Origin: Patescibacteria group bacterium
GTDB lineage: Bacteria > Patescibacteriota > Minisyncoccia > Phycocordibacterales > PALSA-1337
Assembly (NCBI GenBank): GCA_040388415.1
Contig: JAZKBV010000005.1
Span: forward strand, 3,364-67,363
DNA: 64,000 bases
Direction of reading: 5' to 3'
Below, in pieces: positions 1 to 9,302 of the stretch (within the stretch, counting starts at the first letter, position 1; each line of letters begins with the position of its first letter). The position numbers were made by a program, and so were the translations under genes. Under the pieces are notes generated by a model. It did not search any database. It had not been told where the DNA came from and worked only from the letters and a program-made list of their open reading frames with translations.

Positions 1-1046
1 AAGACGCTGCGGGCAATGTATCAACCGGTGCATCAGCCAGTGTCACTATCACGATTTCAACTGGTGGTGGAGGAGGTGGTGGGGGTGGCGGCGGAGGAGG
101 TGGCCTCGCCTCATACAATCTCTCACTCTCTACGACTGGTACCGGTCATGGCACCACGACTTCAAATCCTTCAGGTATATTTTGCACAGGAACTGGCGCT
201 TGTATGTCCGCATTTACCGTAGGAACTGTCATCAAGTTGACTGCTGTTCCGGACAAATCATCCCATCTCGCTTCATGGACCGGCTGTGATTCTATCAGTA
301 CATCAACATGTACTGTGACCATATCAACAGGGCGATTTGTTACAGTGAAATATGATTCAGGCACGACAAATACTTCCACAGTTCAAAATACCGCTCCTGC
401 CGCTAATACAGCGCCGACTACTGGAACAATTCCAAGCGCTTACCTCAATCTTCCATTCGGTTCACGTTCAACTGCGGTACTCACTCTTCAAAACTATCTG
501 ATCAAAGCAGGTAACCTTTCATCAATCTATGCCACTGGATATTATGGTCAGATTACTGCAAATGCAGTCGCACAGTATCGTGCAAGTCACGGTGGTGGAA
601 CTGTGACTTCAGCAGCAGGAGTTACGAACGCATCAATCACCTCATATCTTTTCTTAGGAACCACAGGCACCCAAGTTAAAACACTCCAAAAGATCTTGAA
701 TGCAAAAGGGTATACTATCGCAACTTCAGGTAGTGGGTCAGTTGGCTATGAATCAACATATTTTGGTGCAACAACTGAGGTTGCTCTGAAAAAATTCCAG
801 TGTGCCACACTTTCAGTTTGTTCAGGTTCACCACTGACAACTGGATATGGTGCAACAGGACCTCGCACCCGTGCAGCTTTGAATGGTACAGCTATACCTA
901 CGACAGTTACTCCAAAAACAACAACGACCACGACTGCGCCAAAGACGACTACGACTTCGACGGTTCCAAAAACAACTACCGCACCAACAAAAACAACAAC
1001 GACCGTAAAGCCAGTGGTTGTTCCGAATATTGATTTTGGTTTCTAA
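1..1046 (+). CDS. Cell-surface protein, 5'-truncated by the window edge, paralog of 1072..6921. Contains a Cys-containing divergent InlB-B-repeat-like domain, a poly-Gly linker, two PG_binding_1-like domains and a Thr/Pro-rich tail ending in NIDFGF.
   Basis: Frame 3 is open from nt 3 and reads DAAGNVSTGASASVTITISTGGGGGGGGGGGGG..., mirroring residues around 6000-6120 of the next gene. PG-binding-like motifs are LQNYLIKAGNL...YYGQITANAV and LQKILNAKGYT...YFGATTEVALKKFQ. The last ~120 nt are near-identical in DNA to the 3' end of 1072..6921. Confidence 0.75.
   Translation, partial: DAAGNVSTGASASVTITISTGGGGGGGGGGGGGGLASYNLSLSTTGTGHGTTTSNPSGIFCTGTGACMSAFTVGTVIKLTAVPDKSSHLASWTGCDSISTSTCTVTISTGRFVTVKYDSGTTNTSTVQNTAPAANTAPTTGTIPSAYLNLPFGSRSTAVLTLQNYLIKAGNLSSIYATGYYGQITANAVAQYRASHGGGTVTSAAGVTNASITSYLFLGTTGTQVKTLQKILNAKGYTIATSGSGSVGYESTYFGATTEVALKKFQCATLSVCSGSPLTTGYGATGPRTRAALNGTAIPTTVTPKTTTTTTAPKTTTTSTVPKTTTAPTKTTTTVKPVVVPNIDFGF
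63..103 (+). repeat. GGN codon run encoding 13 glycines, a low-complexity linker inside the coding region
   Basis: The sequence ggtggtggaggaggtggtgggggtggcggcggaggaggtggc is seen directly. The same feature recurs at 6067..6108. Confidence 0.8.
907..1010 (+). repeat. Thr/Pro-rich (P-K-T-T-T-T) coding repeats
   Basis: Translation gives TPKTTTTTTAPKTTTTSTVPKTTTAPTKTTTTVKP. A near-identical DNA block lies at 6787..6890. Confidence 0.8.
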
Positions 1047-1071
1047 AATCCATAGGGTATAATAGTCGGTA

Positions 1072-4000
1072 ATGAAAAAGCTCTACCTATCTCTATCTGT
1101 TGTTATTTTTGTTGCATGTATTGGGAATAGTGTGGCAAAGGCAAACAGTACATGGGTCTCAGCGAGTGGTCTGACGTCAGCATCAAGCGAATTAGTCTTA
1201 TACCGTAATACCAATGATTTTGGTCAAATAGGATCGCTACAAAAAAGCAGTGATACTGGTAAAACATGGACAACTCTCACTGGCGCAGGTTCAAGGGCTT
1301 GGAATGTGATTCCTCATGCTATAGCGTGGTCAGCGGATGGTCAAAAAGTGTGGGCGTCTGTGTGTGCTACACAATGTCCTGAATACGTATATCACTCAAC
1401 AGATGGAGGTACTACATGGGCAAGTTCAACTGTTCTTGGTCTGAGTCAGTTTTGGTGGAAAATTGGCTCATCTGCTGATGGCACAAACCTCATCTTGCAG
1501 ACTACTGGCTCGACACTTGTGTCTACGAGCTCAGGTGCAACGTGGACTACGGTGCTCAATAGCATCGGTGGTGGAACGGTCGCAATCTCACCTGATGGCG
1601 CAACGATGGTTTCGACTAATGACAAAAACAGCGATGGAAGCATACATATTTCAACTGATTCGGGTGCGACTTGGACAACTGTCTCGAGCATTACGAGTAA
1701 AGGGGACTCAGCAGCGATTGGGAATAATGGCATTATATACATTGGTACTGTAGACGGTTATGTATATCGATCATCCGACTTTGGCTCGACATGGACTGCA
1801 CTGAGGTTTGCCGGAATGAATAATTGGGATGATTTAGTGGTATCTGATGATGGTGTTCATATTCTTGCTCTTGCCAATGTTGCACTTCACTACTCTGATG
1901 ATAGCGGAACCACGTGGTATCAAGGTGCAACTGGCGGCCAGTGGAAGCTCTGGTATGCAGCTGATGGTTCCAAGGCATACTACAGCGCTGATTTATCATA
2001 CGTACCTATTCCAGCAATCACCGCACAAAGCGTATCAAGTATAACGGCGACTGGCGCAACTCTTAACGCAACTATCGCGAATGATTTTGCCTTTCAATAT
2101 TCAACAAGCGCAAAAGGATTTAGTTATGGTGCGACTAACGCGTATGGCACTGATGCATCTACTGCTGGTACGTTTACCTCTGGGGCATATAGTCAAAGTA
2201 TAAGCGCGCTGACCTGTAATACAACATATTTCTATCGTCCGTACGCAACAAATGCCAACGGCACCTCATACGCCACGAGCACATATTTTACAACGTTGCC
2301 CTGTGCTGGATCATTTGTCATAAATAAAATATCAATCCCAACCTCAGGCTCAACTGTTGTGCAGTTGACTGGTAATGCAACTGGATGGACGCCAGGTACT
2401 CCAGGTAGCCCAACATTTACAGTTTCAGGAGTTAGTGGCGCTTCTATTTCGTCACAGACAGTTACTGATGCAACTCATGCATCTGTCACGATAACAACAG
2501 GTACGGCTACTGGCACATTGACCATTAGTGATCCTGCTAACGTAACATCAAAAACTGTAAATGTTGTTCTGGCTACAGACGTCATTGCAGCAAATAATAG
2601 TCACGTTATATATTCTCCTGGCAATACGTATGATAGCGGTTCAGGAGTGCAGATGATGCATACCGGTAGCTCAGCAAAGTTTGTCTTTACGGGTAGCACG
2701 CTCAAACTGGATGCTGATTTGAGCTCGCTTATCGGTGCAGGCAATCCATTTGCAAATTATCCTTTTATTGACTGGAAGATTGATGGTGGGGTGTGGCAAC
2801 GTGCACAACTTCAGCCAAGTTCTGGGACAAGTACACAGGTGATGACGCTTGCCAGCGGTTTGTCGAATAGTAGTCACTCGGCACAAGTGTATTATGAACA
2901 GGGTGGCGTCGAAGATAGTTGGCCGGCAACTTCATTGGTGAAGATTACTGGATGGGAAATCGAATCAGGCAAATCAATTTCAACTCCAACATATGCCGAC
3001 GGTCTCCGACCAAAACGCATGATGATTCTTGGTGACTCTATCACTCGTGGTTACTCAGCTGAGACGGACTCAAGTGGAGTCGATCATACAGCTGCAGGAC
3101 AAACATATGTGCAAGATAGTTGGGGTATGCTTTTCGGTCAAAAGCTCGATGCAGAAGTGGGCATAAAGGCCTACAGCGGACAGGGTTACCGAAAGATAGG
3201 TGCAGCACCGTACGTGACTGGTACATTTGATTATGTAGATTCACGCCACGCTCAACCACTTCCGTCAGATCTCGATTACCTTGTTATCGCTCAAGGAGCA
3301 AATGATTATCAGACTGATATCACTACGTCAGTTAAAGAGTTGTTGACGTTGGCCCGCGCAGAGGTTGGCGCGAATACAAAAATATTTTTGATGCCATCAT
3401 TTTTGACGCTCAGTGACCCGAATACTAATCCTGAGGTTACCGCTCAGATACAGGCAGGATTGGCGGCGTATCAAGCGTCGTATCCATCTGATAGTAAAGT
3501 TTATTTTTTCAATATTGGAGATATATTTGGCGCTGTTGATCCGTATCATTCGACTACGTACATGTTGGAAGACATTCATCCGAACCATGCCGGACATGCG
3601 TTACTCGCAACAGATGTCGCTAATATTGCCGTCGGATACGCGCCGACAGTTATATCGTCGGTAGCAACTTCATCAGGAGCTACGAGCGTCACAATCACGT
3701 GGAATACAGATAGATCTGCTGATAGTTCGGTCAATTATGGCACGACCGCGTCGTACACTTCTTCGTCTACGTATTCCTCAGCAAAAACACTTACGCATTC
3801 AGTGACAATCACTGGCTTGAGTACTTCACAGACATATCATTATCAGATTGTTTCTGTTGATACTGCTTCGTCGAGTGTGTTCACAACTGATGCCACATTT
3901 AGAACCACAGGAACTGCGGTAAAGGCAACATTGGCAACTTCTTCACCTACATCTGTCACATCATCAGGAGTTACATTGAATGCAAGTATTACTGCTGATG

Positions 4001-6921
4001 GTGGTGACGCGTCAACAGATGTTGGCTTTGAATATGGTTTGAATTCTGCATATGGTTCTGTGGCTTCAACGTCCGGTTCGTTTGGTGCTGGGGCATTTTC
4101 AAAAGCCATTACTGGGCTTACACCAGCAACGATATATCACTACAGAGCTTTCGCGACAAATTTTGCGGGTACCGCAACAACGACAGATCAAACATTCACT
4201 ACTGCGTCACAATCTGTTTTTGCTCCAACTCTGACTACGTCAGAGTCAAATTCCATCACCACAACTGGTCTGACTCTGAATGGAAATATAAGTGACACTG
4301 GCGGTGAAGATGCTGTTCAGCACGGTTTCGCCTACGGCATTACCGCTGATCTTTCGGTCGTCATCGCCACCACATCGCTCGGTTCTTTCAGTGGTACAGG
4401 TGATTTTACCCAAACAATCACTAGTCTTACACCATACACCACATATTACTTTAGAGCATATGCAGCGAACACAGTGGGTACATCGACAGGAGATATTCTT
4501 GCAACGACAACGAGACAAGCCTCAGTTGTTGCAGCGCCAGCACTAGTACAGAGCAACTCAGTTTATCAAGGTAGTGGTTCAGGTCCAACGGACCTTGCAT
4601 TTACAAGCGACACGACCGCAGGGAATCTTATTGTTGTAGCTATCGGCGATGCGTTAAGTCATGGGCAAGGAGGTGACCATACTGTTACTGATTCACAAGG
4701 AAATGCGTATACAAAAATTATGCGAGATGGCACCGGTTCACAGTCAGAAGTGTCTTTGTACTATGCAAAAAATATCATTGGTGGTCCAGACACTGTTACG
4801 GTGACACTTTCCAATCCAACATACGACCTCGGATTTCATATTTCTGAATGGTCAGGATTGGACACGACTGACCCTCTTGTTGCTTCATCAACTGGAACAG
4901 GTAGCGGTGCAGTTTGGTCAACAGGAGATTTGACTCTGACTGATCCAGTAAATCTTATTATTGGAGCCGCTGATGATGAAGTGGTTGCAGGCGGACCTGT
5001 TACTGCGGGTACAGGTTTTACCATGCTAACTCAACAACTCGGTAATCTTTCCGCAACCGAATATCAGGTCACAAGCTTGGCAGGTACGTACCCAGTGTCA
5101 ATGAACGGTGAAAGCACATCTGCGTGGGTAATGGGCTCAGTAGCATTTAAAGCTCAAGCATCTGGTGCTGTTGGTCCAACTCTCACTACATTAGCGGCAA
5201 GCTCAGTCACAACATCAAGCATGACACTTAATGCAAATGTGACTGATACGGGCGGTTCAGATGCAACGGAGCATGGGTTTACCTACGGTACTTCGCCAAC
5301 TCTCTCAGTCGTCATTGCAACGACAACACTCGGTGGCTTTACAGGTACAGGTGCTTTCACAGAGAGTATCGGTAGCCTTACACCAAACACCACATATTAC
5401 TTTAGAGCATATGCTGTGAACTCCACAGGTACTTCAACTGGAGCTATTCTCTCAACCGCTACATTACAGACCGTAACTATACCAACACTCACCGTCCAAA
5501 GTGCCTCAACGGTATCATCGACATCAGCAACTCTTAATGGAACTATCACAGCAACTGGTGGATCAAACGCTCTTGCGCGTGGTTTCAATTATGGAATAAC
5601 GAGTGCATATGGGGCCACCTCAACTGTTAGTGGTTCGTTCAGCACCGGAGCATATGCGACGAGTACAACGGGTCTTACCTGCAACACGTTGTATCATGTC
5701 CGTGCATTCGCGCAAAATTCAGCAGGCTTTGCATATAGCTCTGACAGCACCTTTACAACCGGTGCCTGCTCAAGTGGCGACACCACCTCACCAACCATCA
5801 CCGCTTTCACTATCCCTTCAACAGCAAGTGCGTTGGATGTTTCAATCTCAACATTTACTGCAACAGACGACACAGCAGTGACAGGATACCTCATCAATGA
5901 ATCAGCAACGCCTCCTGGAGCAGGTGACTCAGGATGGACAGGTACAGCGCCAACTTCATATACCTTCAGCAGTGCCGGCAGTAAAACTCTCTATGCCTGG
6001 GCAAAAGACGCAGCTGGTAATGTATCTTCAGGTGCAACAGCTCCTGTAACTATTACTATTTCAACTGGTGGTGGTGGTGGCGGAGGAGGAGGAGGAGGGG
6101 GTGGTGGGTCTTCGAGTGGGGGTGGAACTATCTTTTATACGCTCACAACCACGCCGACAACAACTGCTGGTCTTGCTAAGGGACTGACAGTGCTCCATCC
6201 TACAACATATCAATTTACGCGCGTTCTCAGTCTTGGCTCGCTCGGCCTCGATGTGCAAAATCTCCAAGTATTTCTCAATGCCAATGGTTACCCAATCGCA
6301 CTAGCTGGCGGTCTCGGCGCACCTGGTTTTGAGACTACATATTTCGGACCAGCGACTGTCGCTGCGCTCAAAAAATTCCAATGTGCAGTGCTTTTGCTCT
6401 GTTCAGGTAGTCCAGAGACAACTGGATACGGTGCGACTGATGTACGCACAAGAAATGCATTCAAAGGTGTGATAAGCGTCATTACGCCTGTAACTGTTGC
6501 GAATAATATGAGCGCTGTCATCACATCATATCTTTTCCTCGGCGCAACGAGTCAGCAAGTAAAATCACTTCAGAAACTCTTGAATGCAAAAGGGTATACT
6601 GTCGCTTCTTCTGGTGGTGGCTCTGCCGGTAACGAAACAACATATTTTGGTCCAGCGACTGCAACAGCCGTCAAGAGGTTCCAGTGCGCTGTGCTCTCAG
6701 TTTGTTCAGGTAGTCCTTCCACTAATGGTTACGGTGCAACAGGACCGCGCACCCGTACAGCATTGGGCGGTACAACTGTGCCAGTTACTCAACCAAAAGC
6801 GACGACCACGACTGCGCCAAAGACAACAACAACAGTTGTTCCTACTAAAACAACTACTACACCAACAAAGACAACAACCGTAAAGCCTGTAGCAGTGCCA
6901 AATATTGATTTTGGCTTCTAA
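1072..6921 (+). CDS. Giant secreted multidomain surface protein of 1949 aa. Domain order: signal peptide, BNR/Asp-box beta-propeller, SGNH/GDSL hydrolase, multiple FN3-like domains, Gly14 linker, three PG_binding_1-like domains, Thr/Pro-rich tail ending in NIDFGF.
   Basis: Signal peptide is MKKLYLSLSVVIFVACIGNSVAKA. Six S-x-D-x-G-x-T-W Asp-box repeats are present (SSDTGKTWTT, STDGGTTWAS, STSSGATWTT, STDSGATWTT, SSDFGSTWTA, SDDSGTTWYQ). GDSL block I is MMILGDSITRGY, a GANDY block follows, and the catalytic DxxH is DIHPNHAGH. FN3-like signatures such as LTPNTTYYFRAYA recur about 8 times. A G14 run and PG-binding repeats with KKFQCAVL...CSGSP are present. Confidence 0.85.
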   Translation: MKKLYLSLSVVIFVACIGNSVAKANSTWVSASGLTSASSELVLYRNTNDFGQIGSLQKSSDTGKTWTTLTGAGSRAWNVIPHAIAWSADGQKVWASVCATQCPEYVYHSTDGGTTWASSTVLGLSQFWWKIGSSADGTNLILQTTGSTLVSTSSGATWTTVLNSIGGGTVAISPDGATMVSTNDKNSDGSIHISTDSGATWTTVSSITSKGDSAAIGNNGIIYIGTVDGYVYRSSDFGSTWTALRFAGMNNWDDLVVSDDGVHILALANVALHYSDDSGTTWYQGATGGQWKLWYAADGSKAYYSADLSYVPIPAITAQSVSSITATGATLNATIANDFAFQYSTSAKGFSYGATNAYGTDASTAGTFTSGAYSQSISALTCNTTYFYRPYATNANGTSYATSTYFTTLPCAGSFVINKISIPTSGSTVVQLTGNATGWTPGTPGSPTFTVSGVSGASISSQTVTDATHASVTITTGTATGTLTISDPANVTSKTVNVVLATDVIAANNSHVIYSPGNTYDSGSGVQMMHTGSSAKFVFTGSTLKLDADLSSLIGAGNPFANYPFIDWKIDGGVWQRAQLQPSSGTSTQVMTLASGLSNSSHSAQVYYEQGGVEDSWPATSLVKITGWEIESGKSISTPTYADGLRPKRMMILGDSITRGYSAETDSSGVDHTAAGQTYVQDSWGMLFGQKLDAEVGIKAYSGQGYRKIGAAPYVTGTFDYVDSRHAQPLPSDLDYLVIAQGANDYQTDITTSVKELLTLARAEVGANTKIFLMPSFLTLSDPNTNPEVTAQIQAGLAAYQASYPSDSKVYFFNIGDIFGAVDPYHSTTYMLEDIHPNHAGHALLATDVANIAVGYAPTVISSVATSSGATSVTITWNTDRSADSSVNYGTTASYTSSSTYSSAKTLTHSVTITGLSTSQTYHYQIVSVDTASSSVFTTDATFRTTGTAVKATLATSSPTSVTSSGVTLNASITADGGDASTDVGFEYGLNSAYGSVASTSGSFGAGAFSKAITGLTPATIYHYRAFATNFAGTATTTDQTFTTASQSVFAPTLTTSESNSITTTGLTLNGNISDTGGEDAVQHGFAYGITADLSVVIATTSLGSFSGTGDFTQTITSLTPYTTYYFRAYAANTVGTSTGDILATTTRQASVVAAPALVQSNSVYQGSGSGPTDLAFTSDTTAGNLIVVAIGDALSHGQGGDHTVTDSQGNAYTKIMRDGTGSQSEVSLYYAKNIIGGPDTVTVTLSNPTYDLGFHISEWSGLDTTDPLVASSTGTGSGAVWSTGDLTLTDPVNLIIGAADDEVVAGGPVTAGTGFTMLTQQLGNLSATEYQVTSLAGTYPVSMNGESTSAWVMGSVAFKAQASGAVGPTLTTLAASSVTTSSMTLNANVTDTGGSDATEHGFTYGTSPTLSVVIATTTLGGFTGTGAFTESIGSLTPNTTYYFRAYAVNSTGTSTGAILSTATLQTVTIPTLTVQSASTVSSTSATLNGTITATGGSNALARGFNYGITSAYGATSTVSGSFSTGAYATSTTGLTCNTLYHVRAFAQNSAGFAYSSDSTFTTGACSSGDTTSPTITAFTIPSTASALDVSISTFTATDDTAVTGYLINESATPPGAGDSGWTGTAPTSYTFSSAGSKTLYAWAKDAAGNVSSGATAPVTITISTGGGGGGGGGGGGGGSSSGGGTIFYTLTTTPTTTAGLAKGLTVLHPTTYQFTRVLSLGSLGLDVQNLQVFLNANGYPIALAGGLGAPGFETTYFGPATVAALKKFQCAVLLLCSGSPETTGYGATDVRTRNAFKGVISVITPVTVANNMSAVITSYLFLGATSQQVKSLQKLLNAKGYTVASSGGGSAGNETTYFGPATATAVKRFQCAVLSVCSGSPSTNGYGATGPRTRTALGGTTVPVTQPKATTTTAPKTTTTVVPTKTTTTPTKTTTVKPVAVPNIDFGF
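6067..6108 (+). repeat. GGN codon run encoding a Gly14 linker
   Basis: The sequence ggtggtggtggtggcggaggaggaggaggagggggtggtggg is seen directly. Confidence 0.8.
6787..6890 (+). repeat. Thr/Pro-rich coding repeats, paralogous to 907..1010
   Basis: Translation gives KATTTTAPKTTTTVVPTKTTTTPTKTTTVKP. The DNA motif acgaccacgactgcgccaaagac is shared with the upstream gene. Confidence 0.8.
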
Positions 6922-6939
6922 ATGTTCTTATACACATGC

Positions 6940-6976
6940 GTGGCGTACTGGCATATTTTTTGATTATGATATAATA
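6940..6976 (+). promoter_or_regulatory. Putative sigma-70-like promoter with an extended -10 (TGaTATAAT) upstream of 7020..7481
   Basis: The sequence tttttgattatgatataat is seen in the AT-rich intergenic region. Confidence 0.3.
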
Positions 6977-7019
6977 CTCCAATACATTATTATCATTATT
7001 TAATCATTTAATTTATTTT

Positions 7020-7481
7020 ATGCTCGCAAAAATTCCTTCATTCGTTAAAGTTGTGCTTGTCGTCATTCTCGTTGCCATCATTGCAGGTGGATATTCAATG
7101 GGGTATTACTATCACAACAAGTACGCTGATCTTGTAAAAGATCCAAACGCTGCAGCTCAGCAAAAGGCTCTCCAGATCATCAATAATGTTCAGAAGCTCA
7201 TCGTTGTTCCACAGAACGAAACACCAAACATTTCAGTTGTTACAAATAAGGACAGTTTGATCAATCAGCCATTTTTCAAGAATGTTGAGAACGGCGATAT
7301 CTTGCTCGTTTATCCTTCTGCTTTGGAAGCAATCCTCTATCGTGCGACTACGAACAAGATTGTTGCAGTCATTCCTCTCACTACTGAGAGTCAGGCAGCT
7401 CCTCTCGAAAATCAGCAGCAGCCAGTTCTCCAGAAGGCGACTACCACTCCAACGACCAAGTCTACAATGATGAAGAAGTAG
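7020..7481 (+). CDS. Hypothetical membrane-anchored protein with an N-terminal TM helix
   Basis: A 153-aa ORF with the hydrophobic stretch VVLVVILVAIIAGG. No recognisable catalytic motif. Confidence 0.5.
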   Translation: MLAKIPSFVKVVLVVILVAIIAGGYSMGYYYHNKYADLVKDPNAAAQQKALQIINNVQKLIVVPQNETPNISVVTNKDSLINQPFFKNVENGDILLVYPSALEAILYRATTNKIVAVIPLTTESQAAPLENQQQPVLQKATTTPTTKSTMMKK

Positions 7482-7524
7482 TCTGACCCATTTTTTTCGC
7501 AAGTGAACAATTGAATAAAGCGTA

Positions 7525-7562
7525 TTGACAATTCATACTATCCATGATAAAAGGATAGTATG
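7525..7562 (+). promoter_or_regulatory. A TTGACA -35 box followed by a 9-bp perfect inverted repeat (atactatcc / ggatagtat) that overlaps the -10/RBS region and the ATG of 7560..8279
   Basis: The sequence ttgacaattcatactatccatgataaaaggatagtatg is seen directly. The palindrome could be an operator or an RBS-sequestering hairpin. Confidence 0.3.
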
Positions 7563-8279
7563 AATTTCAATATATCTACCCTCAATAGAAGCCTTTCAAT
7601 CGCTGTTGTTTCAGCTGTTGTTGGCTTTTTTGGTATTGCGCATGCTGATTATACGACCGCTGACGTTGAGCCGTATGTATACACTGCGCCTACGCTTTCA
7701 GCTGGATCGCTTATAGCTTCAATTTCATTTGATCAAGTTGAGTCGCTCGTTGCGAGTGATTCTTCAGGTAACAGTAATGATGCTATTCTTTCTGATGATA
7801 CGGTATGGGCTACTGGTGTCTCAGATTCTGCTATTTCTTTTGATGGTGGTGACAATCGTGCTCTCATACCAAATGATGTTATCGGCAGCAGCCCCGTTAC
7901 CGTATGTGCTTGGTATAACGTCAACTCAACTCCTGTTGGGGCAGTCCTCATCAGTAACAATGCCTTTTCTATCTCACTCAATACATCTGGCAATTTTGAT
8001 ATTTCAAATAATGGAGGAGTAGATACCGTCTCTACAACTGGTGAAATAGCTCCAGGAAACTGGAACCATATCTGTGTTGCTCGCGCCGAATCAGGTGATG
8101 TTGCGGTATATATAAATGGATCATTGAATGTGCAAGGCAATGCCGGCGCGCCTCTACTCGGCACAGAAGTTAGTATAGGTAATAGTTCATGGAATGATGA
8201 TCATGGTTTTGATGGTATGGTTGATGATGTAAGAATATACACCGGCGCTCTCTCGGCTGAGCAGATTTTAGCGATGTAA
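7560..8279 (+). CDS. Secreted concanavalin-A-like lectin/LamG domain protein
   Basis: Signal peptide is present. The C-terminal motif DGMVDDVRIYTGALSAEQI is typical of the Laminin_G_3/LamG fold. Confidence 0.55.
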   Translation: MNFNISTLNRSLSIAVVSAVVGFFGIAHADYTTADVEPYVYTAPTLSAGSLIASISFDQVESLVASDSSGNSNDAILSDDTVWATGVSDSAISFDGGDNRALIPNDVIGSSPVTVCAWYNVNSTPVGAVLISNNAFSISLNTSGNFDISNNGGVDTVSTTGEIAPGNWNHICVARAESGDVAVYINGSLNVQGNAGAPLLGTEVSIGNSSWNDDHGFDGMVDDVRIYTGALSAEQILAM

Positions 8280-8311
8280 TTGAATCAAAAATTTGATATA
8301 GTATATGTACT

Positions 8312-9301
8312 ATGTCACACAAAATCCTTCTTTCAGGGGTCAAACCAACTGGTTCAGCCCATATTGGTAACTATTTCGGCGCAATGAAGCAGTTTGTCGA
8401 TCTTCAACAATCAGGAGACTATTCCTGCCTCTTTATGATCGCCGACTACCATGCGCTCAATTTGATCCAGAATAAGGAGGAGATGAAGAAGCTCACTTTT
8501 GAGCTTGCGCTTGATTATCTTGCTATTGGTTTGGATCCAAAAAAGTCTATTATCTTCAAACAGTCAGATATTTCTGCTCACACAGAGCTTGCATGGATCT
8601 TTAATACTATTGTGACAATGCCATATCTCATGCGTGCTCATGCTTTCAAAGACGCTGAAGCAAAGAATAAAGAAATCAATGTGGGCACGTTTGATTACCC
8701 AGTGCTCATGGCCGCTGATATTCTTTTGTATGGTGCAGATGTTGTTCCGGTCGGTCAAGACCAAAAACAACACGTCGAGTACGCGCGTGATCTGGCGCTC
8801 AAGTTCAATCATACCTTTGGTCCAAAAAATATTACTGAATACAGCGAACTCGTTTTTAAATTACCTGATTCGCTCATTCTCGAATCAGTCGCAGTTGTGC
8901 CGGGCGTAGATGGTCGTAAGATGTCAAAGAGCTATGGCAACACGATTCCGCTCTTTGCGACGCGTGAAGAGATCATCAAAGCCGTCATGTCTATTGTGAC
9001 CGACTCCGGCAAACCAGAAGATGGTGGCAAGCCAATGAATGTCTATAACATTCATAAGCTCTTCAAGAGCGAAGAGAAGCTTGCAGAGCTTTACGACATG
9101 AATAAGGGTAAATATAAAGCGCTCAAAGATGCTCTTGTTGAGGATATAGATGCATTCATCAAGCCAATGCGTGAGCGGAGAGCTGAACTCGCCAAGAAGC
9201 CAAAGAACGTTATGAAGATATTGGAAAAGGGCTCAAAGCAAGCAAAGAAGATTGCTGATAAGAAATTGGAAGAAGTGAAGAAAGCAATAGGAGTCATCTA
9301 A
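8312..9301 (+). CDS. trpS: Tryptophanyl-tRNA synthetase
   Basis: The 329-aa size fits. HIGH motif is HIGNYFGA and KMSKS motif is KMSKSYGN. Confidence 0.85.
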   Translation: MSHKILLSGVKPTGSAHIGNYFGAMKQFVDLQQSGDYSCLFMIADYHALNLIQNKEEMKKLTFELALDYLAIGLDPKKSIIFKQSDISAHTELAWIFNTIVTMPYLMRAHAFKDAEAKNKEINVGTFDYPVLMAADILLYGADVVPVGQDQKQHVEYARDLALKFNHTFGPKNITEYSELVFKLPDSLILESVAVVPGVDGRKMSKSYGNTIPLFATREEIIKAVMSIVTDSGKPEDGGKPMNVYNIHKLFKSEEKLAELYDMNKGKYKALKDALVEDIDAFIKPMRERRAELAKKPKNVMKILEKGSKQAKKIADKKLEEVKKAIGVI

Positions 9302-9302
9302 A

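Noticed and set aside
61-115. Tandem GGN and Thr/Pro codon repeats checked as a possible CRISPR or satellite array
   Set aside because: The repeats are in-frame coding low-complexity linkers (poly-Gly, PKTTTT) with no regular repeat-spacer periodicity. No cas genes are anywhere in the window.
1446-6883. Many 60-120-aa ORFs in other frames and on the antisense strand inside the giant surface-protein gene (for example 1446..1742 -, 4246..4518 -, 6584..6883 +)
   Set aside because: They lie entirely within a long, motif-rich reading frame (Asp-boxes, GDSL, FN3) and have low-complexity or compositionally biased translations. They are typical shadow ORFs.
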